A stretch of 64,000 bases of DNA, from NCBI GenBank assembly GCA_021158465.1, contig JAGGUN010000035.1, positions 5,669 through 69,668 on the forward strand, given 5' to 3'. Position 1 is the stretch's first letter. Each line of letters opens with the position of its first letter. Origin of the DNA: a bacterium (GTDB lineage: Bacteria; UBP14; UBA6098; 4484-93). The notes under the pieces are model-generated. The model did no database searches and was not told the origin of the DNA. It saw only the letters and a program-made list of their open reading frames with translations. The position numbers were made by a program, and so were the translations under genes. Below, in pieces: positions 48,737 to 55,950 of the stretch.

Positions 48737-49117
48737 TTACTCCTCGCCAATTAGTTGCCTATATTCTTTGGCGGAGAGCAGATTTTTTTTCTCCTCTGTG
48801 TTGGACATCTTTATCTTGGCGATCCATCCGTCTCCGTACGGGTCGCGGTTTATCGTTTCTGGTGATGATTCGAGGTCTCCGTTTACCTCGATGACCTCGC
48901 CTGATACGGGGGCAAAGACATCCGACACCGCCTTGACAGCCTCTATCGTGCAGAACGGCTTTCCCTGTTCAACTTTTGTCCCGACCTCGCAAATCTCGAT
49001 AAAGACAATATCGCCCATCTCACCTTGAGCGTAGTCGGTGATGCCGACGACGGCAATATCGCCCTCACATCTTGCCCACTCATGGTCCTTCGTGTAGAGA
49101 AGCCCTTCCTTTACCAT
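48737..49117 (-). CDS. gcvH: Glycine cleavage system H protein
   Basis: YTKDHEW, GITDYAQ, lipoyl-Lys EAVKA and N.DPYGDGW. Confidence 0.97.
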   Translation of the reverse strand: MVKEGLLYTKDHEWARCEGDIAVVGITDYAQGEMGDIVFIEICEVGTKVEQGKPFCTIEAVKAVSDVFAPVSGEVIEVNGDLESSPETINRDPYGDGWIAKIKMSNTEEKKNLLSAKEYRQLIGEE

Positions 49118-49170
49118 ACCTTACCTCCTTGCGCGGTAAAAAGGTTTATTCTGGCGAAAATTGGAACAAA

Positions 49171-49198
49171 AATATAATGAAGGGGAATAAAAAAGCAA
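49171..49198 (-). promoter_or_regulatory. Sigma70-type promoter of the gcv operon
   Basis: TTGCTT-N16-TATATT; AAGGAGG SD before ATG 49117. Confidence 0.5.
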
Positions 49199-49211
49199 TA
49201 CATAAATCTGG

Positions 49212-51569
49212 TTACATTCGTGGGGTGGCGTTGAACTTCTTGCATAGGCTCTCAACCAGTCTAATGTGAACCTCGTTTGCCTGCTCTTTTGTTAGGGTTC
49301 CGTTGAACGAGCGGTAGGTTATCCTAAAAGCAAGGTTCTTCTTGCCTGATGGGATACCCTTTCCGGTGTAATGGTCGAAGAGATATGCGTTCTCGACGAG
49401 GGGTTCCGATTCCCCTATCGCGTGTAATATCTCCTCAGCGGAGGTGTCCTTGTCAACAATCAGAGCAACATCCCTGCGGATGGCGGGGAAGCGCGAGAAC
49501 TCCTTGAATACCTTCTTTTTCCTCAGGGATTCTACGAACGGTGAGAGAGATAGTTCAAACGCGAACACAGGGCTTTCGATGTCGAATATGGAGCGGATCT
49601 TGCGTGAGATGAGTCCAAATGAGCCGACCGCCTTCCCCGAGATGATGAAGTCTGCGCATATCGAGAAGACATTGTCATCTCGAGGGAGGGAGTGAAACCG
49701 CTCCATATTGCAGAAGAGGGCGAGTGATTCAACCGCTCCTTTCACATCGAAGAAGTCGAACTCGCGGTGGGTGGTTTCCCAGAAGTCGGGGATGGACTCT
49801 CCGACAAGTGCACCAGCTATCCTCTTTTCCTCTATGTAGCTTCCCTGCTCTTTGCGGAAGGTTTTCCCTATCTCGAACAGCTTGAGGTTAGTGTTCTGGC
49901 GATGGAGATTGTATGAGACGACCTTTAATATCTCTGGCAAGAGAGAGGGGCGCATAACAGTGAAATCCTCGCTGATAGGGTTGATTATTTCGATGAGCGA
50001 ACCGTCTTTCAGAAACGGGAGATAGTTGCTCTCTTTGCCTATCGAGTTTGTTATGATCTGTGAGAATCCCATACCGGTGAGCTGTTCTGCTACTATCTTT
50101 GTAAGCTCGAAGTCCTCTATTCCGCAGAGGATTGCACTGCCTGAGATGGTAGGGTCGTTCGGGATCTTCTCCAGACCGTATAGTCTGCCTATCTCCTCGA
50201 CGATGTCGGCACTTCCATCCACATCTGGGCGAAAGCTGGGAACCTCAACCCTGAAGGTTCTCCCTCTCCTTTTCATTCGAAACCCTATACCTTCGAGGAG
50301 CGGGACAAATTTCTCCTCCGGGACAGATATTCCTAAGAGCTTTGGGATCTCCTCTGGGTCGAAATCGACGATGTTTTGGGGGATCTTCTTTGGGTATATG
50401 TCGAATATCTGAGAGAAGCTTCCACCAGATATGTCTTTTATCAGTTCTGTTGCTCTTTTGATAGCTCGGATGGTTGCCTCTGGGTCGGCTCCGCGCTCGA
50501 ACCGTGCGGATGCTTCTGTAAAAAGCCCCAGGGACTTGCTTCCCTTTCTAACGACCCTCGGATTGAAGTAAGCTGACTCGAGCAGAACCGATTTTGTATC
50601 TTCTGTTACCTCTGTCTCCTTTCCGCCCATTATTCCAGCGATGGCAACGGGGTGATCAGTAGCTATGAGCATAATATCGGGAGACAGGGGACGTTCTTCG
50701 CCGTCTATCGTGACAATCCTTTCATTCTCTTTTGCCCTGCGAACGGTGATGCTGTCTGAGTTGAGCCTGTCAAGGTCGAATGCGTGCATCGGGTGTCCCA
50801 TCTCGAGCATCACGAGATTCGTTATATCAACGATGTTATTTATTGGGCGGATACCGAGTCTGCTTAAAAGCGATAGAAGCCATGGTGGGGATTGGTCAAC
50901 CTTTATATCCCGGATGATGGCGCAGGAATACCTTGGACAGTCGTCGAGGTTCTCTATCTTAATCCTGAAACTGTCTTGGTAGTCAGGCTTATACTCCTGG
51001 AGCTTATAGATATATTGTCTGCCGAGTAGAACCTGCAGCTCCCTTGCGATTCCGATATGTGACAAGCAGTCAGGTCTATTCGGCGTTATCTCCAGCTCGA
51101 AGACAGTGTCTTCATTCCTGGCGACCAGTTCCAGCGGCTTACCGACGAGATGCTCGGAGCGTAGGAAAAGTGGTTTACCCTTCTCCTCACAGAACCCCAG
51201 AGCCTCTGTGGAGAGGATTATCCCCTCGGATATGGCACCTGCAAATTCTGTCTTTCTCACTCTCTTGCCATAGGGGAGTGAGGCTCCGTCCTTTGCAAGC
51301 GGGATAATATCTCCTTTCCGGAAGCCAGGATAGCTGGAGATAACAGAATAGTTTTTCTTGCCGTCGGAGAGCGTTAGATGGTAGTATCCATCCTGTGGGC
51401 TGTTTGGGGTAATATCCTCTATTTTTGCGATAATAATCTTACTATCGAGCGGTGGATAACGGATAATTTTCTCCACCTCGCTTCCAGACATAGTAAGGAG
51501 CCCCGCCAGCTTTTCAGCTGATTCTTGTATCTCGATGAAGTGGCTTATGTATGATAGGCTTACCCTCAT
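49212..51569 (-). CDS. pheT: Phenylalanine--tRNA ligase beta subunit
   Basis: ITPNRPDCLS, NNIVDITN, RFERG, PSFRPD...EEIGR, MRPSL and a C-terminal FDX-ACB domain. Confidence 0.96.
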   Translation of the reverse strand: MRVSLSYISHFIEIQESAEKLAGLLTMSGSEVEKIIRYPPLDSKIIIAKIEDITPNSPQDGYYHLTLSDGKKNYSVISSYPGFRKGDIIPLAKDGASLPYGKRVRKTEFAGAISEGIILSTEALGFCEEKGKPLFLRSEHLVGKPLELVARNEDTVFELEITPNRPDCLSHIGIARELQVLLGRQYIYKLQEYKPDYQDSFRIKIENLDDCPRYSCAIIRDIKVDQSPPWLLSLLSRLGIRPINNIVDITNLVMLEMGHPMHAFDLDRLNSDSITVRRAKENERIVTIDGEERPLSPDIMLIATDHPVAIAGIMGGKETEVTEDTKSVLLESAYFNPRVVRKGSKSLGLFTEASARFERGADPEATIRAIKRATELIKDISGGSFSQIFDIYPKKIPQNIVDFDPEEIPKLLGISVPEEKFVPLLEGIGFRMKRRGRTFRVEVPSFRPDVDGSADIVEEIGRLYGLEKIPNDPTISGSAILCGIEDFELTKIVAEQLTGMGFSQIITNSIGKESNYLPFLKDGSLIEIINPISEDFTVMRPSLLPEILKVVSYNLHRQNTNLKLFEIGKTFRKEQGSYIEEKRIAGALVGESIPDFWETTHREFDFFDVKGAVESLALFCNMERFHSLPRDDNVFSICADFIISGKAVGSFGLISRKIRSIFDIESPVFAFELSLSPFVESLRKKKVFKEFSRFPAIRRDVALIVDKDTSAEEILHAIGESEPLVENAYLFDHYTGKGIPSGKKNLAFRITYRSFNGTLTKEQANEVHIRLVESLCKKFNATPRM

Positions 51570-52582
51570 CTTCCGCGGAACTGGGATAGAAATCTTATAT
51601 CGTTGTTATAGAAAAGGCGTATATCGTTTATCTGGTATTTTATCATGGCGAGTCTTTCGACTCCCATACCGAAGGCGTATCCGTGAAATCTTTTGGGGTC
51701 GATGCCGGAGTTCTGTAGCACCTTTGGGTGGACCATACCTGCGCCCGATATCTCGAGCCAGCCTGTGTTCTTGCACACTCTACATCCTTTTCCCCCACAG
51801 ATGGTACAGGTTATATCGTACTCAACTGACGGTTCGGTGAACGGGAAGAAATGAGGACGAAATCGTATCTGTGTCTGCTTTCCTAAGAGGCGTCTGGCGA
51901 AGACGGATAACACCCCTTTTAACATCGCCATTGTGACATTACGGTCGATGTAGAGCCCCTCCACCTGGTGGAAGCAGATATAATGTGTTGGGTCGATGGC
52001 GTCCCGGCGGTAGCATCTGCCTGGTGATATCATCCTTATCGGGAGTGGATGCGTCTCCATCGTCCGAATCTGTACGGGTGAGGTTTGTGTTCTTAGGAGG
52101 TATCCTGGCGTAGCGAGGTAGAATGTATCCTGAATGTCTTTGGATGGGTGGTAATCTGGGGTGTTGAGTGCGTCGAAATTGTAATACTCTGTCTCGATGT
52201 CTGGTCCTTCTATCACCTCAAACCCCATAGAATAGAATATGTGGGTTATCTCCTCAATAATAGTGACGATCGGGTTTCTGGAGCCGAGGAACCCTTTTCT
52301 TCCTGGGAGAGAGGTGTCGAGCTTGGCAGCCTCCTGCGAGTTGAGTATAGCTTCTCTTTTTTCCTGAATAAGCCTCTCACAGAAGGATTTGAGGGAGTTG
52401 ACTGCCGTTCCGAACGATCTTCTCTCGGATGCCGGGAGTGTAGGAATCTTCTTCAGGAGACCAGTTACAATACCCTTTTTGCCGAGATATTCTACCTTAA
52501 GGTTGTCGAGCTCGGCGAGTGTGGACACCTGTTTTATACGCTTCTCAAACCTTCCCTGGACATTCTTTATATCTTCGGGCAT
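51566..52582 (-). CDS. pheS: Phenylalanine--tRNA ligase alpha subunit
   Basis: NFDALN, LRTQTSPVQ, FHQVEG, FPFTEPS and AFGMGVER. Confidence 0.97.
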   Translation of the reverse strand: MPEDIKNVQGRFEKRIKQVSTLAELDNLKVEYLGKKGIVTGLLKKIPTLPASERRSFGTAVNSLKSFCERLIQEKREAILNSQEAAKLDTSLPGRKGFLGSRNPIVTIIEEITHIFYSMGFEVIEGPDIETEYYNFDALNTPDYHPSKDIQDTFYLATPGYLLRTQTSPVQIRTMETHPLPIRMISPGRCYRRDAIDPTHYICFHQVEGLYIDRNVTMAMLKGVLSVFARRLLGKQTQIRFRPHFFPFTEPSVEYDITCTICGGKGCRVCKNTGWLEISGAGMVHPKVLQNSGIDPKRFHGYAFGMGVERLAMIKYQINDIRLFYNNDIRFLSQFRGR

Positions 52583-52941
52583 TACTGTGTTATGTGTGTC
52601 TTCGCCCTTTCAACGATTGCCTGAAAGCTCCTCGGTGACCTTACTGCAAGCTCGGCAAGGTTTTTCCTATCGATGTGGATGTTTGCCAGCTTGAGTGCGT
52701 GAATGAACTGAGAGTATTTGAGCCCGTTTTCCCTGACGGCTGCGTTGATTCGTGCTATCCACAGTCTGCGGAAGTCGCGTTTCTTTCTCTTGCGTCCGAT
52801 ATATGAGAATTGGAGGGCTCTCTCCGATACCTCGCGAGCTGTTCTGTAGAGTCTGTGCCTGCCGCCGTAGAACCCTTTGGCAGCTTTCAGCCATTTTTTC
52901 CTCTTTTTGCGTGCGTTGGGTTGTCCTGTTGCTTTTGCCAT
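52582..52941 (-). CDS. rplT: 50S ribosomal protein L20 (bL20)
   Basis: AKGFYGGR and RKRKKRDFRRLWIARINAA...YSQF...IDRKNLA. Confidence 0.97.
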   Translation of the reverse strand: MAKATGQPNARKKRKKWLKAAKGFYGGRHRLYRTAREVSERALQFSYIGRKRKKRDFRRLWIARINAAVRENGLKYSQFIHALKLANIHIDRKNLAELAVRSPRSFQAIVERAKTHITQ

Positions 52942-52968
52942 GCTTCTTCTCCTGATAATCGCGGGGTC

Positions 52969-53166
52969 TCACAGATAGGGAACTATCCGCTTCATTCTGG
53001 TCGTATCTGCTCTGGAGAGGACGGATTTTCTTTTCAGTCTTCTCGATCGACTTCCCGATTTTTTGCTGTTCTTGTGGGATTTACCGGCGCGGAACCGCAT
53101 AATCTTTCCCGAGCCGGACAGCTTGAACCGCTTTGCCGCGCTCTTGTTTGTCTTGAGCTTTAACAT
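52969..53166 (-). CDS. rpmI: 50S ribosomal protein L35 (bL35)
   Basis: KLKTNKSAAKRFK.SGSGK...H...KK; lies between infC and rplT. Confidence 0.96.
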   Translation of the reverse strand: MLKLKTNKSAAKRFKLSGSGKIMRFRAGKSHKNSKKSGSRSRRLKRKSVLSRADTTRMKRIVPYL

Positions 53167-53204
53167 ATCTTTTCCATCCGTTTTCTCTTATGAACAAGCC
53201 TTTA

Positions 53205-53232
53205 ATATTATATAAAATCTGGCTTATGTCAA
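53205..53232 (-). promoter_or_regulatory. Internal promoter for rpmI-rplT-pheST
   Basis: TTGACA-N16-TAATAT immediately after the infC stop. Confidence 0.55.
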
Positions 53233-53233
53233 A

Positions 53234-53788
53234 CTATTTTTTGCTCCTGGGGATAAGGGTAAATTGGAAGCTTTCTCCCTCGAGTTTGATGAAGGTTGGA
53301 TTATCCTCTGACCCACCGAATTTTGAGCGTTTTTCGACGGTAGCAAGCTCCTTTGTTTCATCCAGTATCCTCTCGATAATTGCCTCACCGAGTTCCAGGT
53401 GTGTTTTTTGCCTTCCGCGGAAGAACATTGTTATCTTTACATGGTTTCCCTTTTCGAGGAACTTTTTCACCTGCTTTATCTTGTAGCCGAAGTCGTGTTC
53501 GGATATCTTTGGGGAGAAGCGCATTTCTTTCACATGGATGGTGTGTTGTTTTTTTCTTGCGAGCTTCGCCTTACGGGAGAGCTCGTACATATACTTACCG
53601 TAGTCCATTATCTTACACACTGGTGGTCTGGCTGTTGGGGCTACCTCGACGAGATCAAGGTTGGCGTTCCTTGCTATTCTCAGTGCTTCATCCGTGGGGA
53701 GTATTCCCAATTGTTTGCCATCTTCCCCTATGAGTCTGACCTCTTTGACTTGGATCATCTGGTTAACTCGAACCTTTCTTTGTTTGAT
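53234..53788 (-). CDS. infC: Translation initiation factor IF-3 with a non-canonical start (ATC 53788 or ATA 53791)
   Basis: The in-frame extension IKQRKVRVNQM restores the conserved R-I/V-N-x-x-I motif; GGAGG lies 7 nt before ATC; LDLVEVAP.ARPPVCKIMDYGK. Confidence 0.93.
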   Translation of the reverse strand: MKQRKVRVNQMIQVKEVRLIGEDGKQLGILPTDEALRIARNANLDLVEVAPTARPPVCKIMDYGKYMYELSRKAKLARKKQHTIHVKEMRFSPKISEHDFGYKIKQVKKFLEKGNHVKITMFFRGRQKTHLELGEAIIERILDETKELATVEKRSKFGGSEDNPTFIKLEGESFQFTLIPRSKK

Positions 53789-53790
53789 TA

Positions 53791-55692
53791 TTACCCCTCC
53801 TTGTTTGAGATTTTCTCTTTCAGAAGCAGGATGAACTCGTCCTGGGTCATAGTTCCGAGTTCGCCCTGTTTATGTTTTCTGACCGATACGGTGCCGTCCT
53901 TTTCTTCTCTCTCGCCAACTATAACGATGTATGGTCTTTTCTTCAGTTCCGCGTCTCGAATCTTACGCCCAAGCTTTTCGTCCCTTTTATCCAGATAGGG
54001 TCTTATGTTGTTTTCTTCGAGTTTCTTTGCGACCGATGATGCGTAGTCGAGGAACTGCTGGGACACTGGCAATATTGCTACTTGGATGGGAGCGAGCCAG
54101 AGAGGGAACTCGCCGGCGTACTGTTCGATGAGTATTCCGAAGAACCGTTCGAGTGAGCCTAAGATTGCCCTATGGATTACTATTGGACGACGGAGTGTGC
54201 CGTCTTTGGTGCTGTATTCCAGACCAAACTTTTCTGGTAGGTTGAAGTCAACTTGGACGGTTGTGCATTGCCATACCCTGCCGATGGTATCCCGTACCTT
54301 TATGTCTATCTTTGGACCGTAGAATACGCCTTCGCCCGGGTCAACCTTGAACGGGATGTTCCGTTCTTTCAGTGCCTCGGTTAGGGATGATGTTGCCTTC
54401 TTCCACATCTGTTCTGTCCCTGCAAACTTCTCTGGACGTGTAGATAGGAATATGTCAAACTGCTTGAAGCCGAATGCAGCGAATATCTCGAATGTCAGGT
54501 CAAGCACCCCTATTATCTCATCTTTCAGGTTATCCTCTGTGCAGAATATATGAGCATCATCTTGAGTAAAGCCTCTGACACGTAGGAGTCCGTGCAGGAC
54601 CCCTGAGCGTTCGTAGCGGTATACTGTTCCGAGTTCGGCGAGTCTCATTGGCAGGTCGCGATATGACCGCTTCTCTGAGCGAAAGTATGCCATATGGAAA
54701 GGGCAGTTCATCGGCTTGAGCTGATACTTCTGTCCCTCGACATCTATCGGCTGGAACATATTATCCGAGTAGAACTCTGTATGTCCGCTTGTTTCCCAGA
54801 GGCTTAGCCTTGCTATGTGTGGTGTATAAATATATTGATATCCCCGCTTCCGGTGAATGCTCTTCCAGTAGTCCTCTATTATCTCGCGGACAACCGCACC
54901 CTCGGGTTTCCATATAACGAGCCCGGGACCGATGGAGTCATCCATCATAAAGAGGTTGAGCTTGGCGCCGAGTATTCTATGGTCTCGCTTCTTTGCTTCT
55001 TCGAGTCTATGAAGATACTCTTTTAGCTCTTTTTTCTTCGGGAATGAGATGCCGTATATCCGCTGGAGCATCTTGTTTCTCTCGTCCCCTCGCCAGTAGG
55101 CGCCTGCGACGGATGTCAGCTTGAGGAATTTCACCCACCCTGTCGATGGTAGATGTGGTCCGCGGCAGAGGTCGACAAAATCCCCGTTACGGTATACGGA
55201 GACATTTTTCTCCTCTATATCAGAGAGAAGCTCGAGCTTATATTCTTCACCGAGTGACCGGAAGATATTCTCCGCTTCTTCTTTTGAGATCTCCTCGCGA
55301 ACAAACGGGATATCCTCCTTGATTATCTTTGCCATCTCTTCTTCAATCCGTGCAATCTCCTCCTCTGTGAAAGGAGATTCTATATCGAAGTCGTAGTAGA
55401 ACCCCTCCTCGATGGGGGGACCTATGGCGAGCTTAGCCTCTGGGAATAGCCTTTTCACCGCCTGAGCAAGGATATGTGATGTCGAGTGCCAGAAGACAGC
55501 CTTCCCCTCAGGGGAATCAAATGTTATAAACTCCAGGGTGGCGTCGGAGAATATAGCTTTCGTGAGGTCAGAGAGCTCTCCGTTTATCCGACATGCAACA
55601 GGGGTCAGTTTCCTTTCTTTTGCAATCTCGAGAGGGGTTATGCCTTCTGGATACTCGGAGACCGAACCATCAGAGAACGTGATATGAATAAT
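53791..55692 (-). CDS. thrS: Threonine--tRNA ligase, 633 aa, starting at ATT
   Basis: 78 open in-frame codons upstream of the called GTG encode the TGS domain (IIHITFSDGS...GITPLEIA...FWHSTSHILAQAV). AAAGGAGG lies 6 nt before ATT 55692. Also KPMNCP, RVRGFTQDDAH and HRAILGS. Confidence 0.95.
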   Translation of the reverse strand: MIHITFSDGSVSEYPEGITPLEIAKERKLTPVACRINGELSDLTKAIFSDATLEFITFDSPEGKAVFWHSTSHILAQAVKRLFPEAKLAIGPPIEEGFYYDFDIESPFTEEEIARIEEEMAKIIKEDIPFVREEISKEEAENIFRSLGEEYKLELLSDIEEKNVSVYRNGDFVDLCRGPHLPSTGWVKFLKLTSVAGAYWRGDERNKMLQRIYGISFPKKKELKEYLHRLEEAKKRDHRILGAKLNLFMMDDSIGPGLVIWKPEGAVVREIIEDYWKSIHRKRGYQYIYTPHIARLSLWETSGHTEFYSDNMFQPIDVEGQKYQLKPMNCPFHMAYFRSEKRSYRDLPMRLAELGTVYRYERSGVLHGLLRVRGFTQDDAHIFCTEDNLKDEIIGVLDLTFEIFAAFGFKQFDIFLSTRPEKFAGTEQMWKKATSSLTEALKERNIPFKVDPGEGVFYGPKIDIKVRDTIGRVWQCTTVQVDFNLPEKFGLEYSTKDGTLRRPIVIHRAILGSLERFFGILIEQYAGEFPLWLAPIQVAILPVSQQFLDYASSVAKKLEENNIRPYLDKRDEKLGRKIRDAELKKRPYIVIVGEREEKDGTVSVRKHKQGELGTMTQDEFILLLKEKISNKEG

Positions 55693-55732
55693 GCACTTCC
55701 TCCTTTGGATAAGGGGCAGAGATAAAATATAA

Positions 55733-55809
55733 TGGTGGGCGATACTGGACTCGAACCAGTGACCTCTTGCATGTCAAGCAAGCACTCTAACCACCTGAGC
55801 TAATCGCCC
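55733..55809 (-). tRNA. tRNA-Val(GAC)
   Basis: GGGCGAT...ATCGCCC-A-CCA acceptor stem, anticodon arm CTTGC-TTGACAT-GCAAG, T-loop GGTTCGAGTCC; 77 nt. Confidence 0.97.
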
Positions 55810-55827
55810 ACTTCAAAATCTGTAAAG

Positions 55828-55855
55828 AATATATTGAAGACAGCTGTTTTGTCAA
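55828..55855 (-). promoter_or_regulatory. Promoter of the tRNA-Val-thrS-infC operon
   Basis: TTGACA-N16-TATATT. Confidence 0.65.
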
Positions 55856-55950
55856 CAAAAAATTTTCCAACAGTGGGTAGGGATACTTGTTTCGTAGGTT
55901 TGGTTCTTGTGTCAGACTGGCAGTCACTATTCTTTTTGCCTATCCCGCTG

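Noticed and set aside
49118-49211. Glycine riboswitch upstream of gcvH
   Set aside because: The 94-nt AT-rich spacer lacks the GGAGA...CCGAAG...CTCTCAGG aptamer motifs and is mostly taken up by a promoter and SD.
53791-55458. thrS as an N-terminally truncated gene or pseudogene
   Set aside because: The upstream frame is open and encodes an intact TGS domain. The truncation is an artefact of allowing only ATG/GTG/TTG starts.
55670-55696. 8-codon GTG mini-ORF overlapping the thrS start, as a leader peptide or frameshifted start
   Set aside because: The GTG is only 2 nt from the SD and the peptide has no Thr codons. ATT has proper spacing and matches the ThrRS N-terminus.
55873-55949. Possible structured RNA between the RND gene and the tRNA promoter (GACTG-G-CAGTC, GGGTAGG/CCTATCCC)
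   Set aside because: The pairings are short and imperfect, resemble no family I recognise, and are compatible with chance.
55733-55950. tRNA-Val as the integration site of an island
   Set aside because: No integrase, no duplicated tRNA 3' end and no compositional shift were seen.
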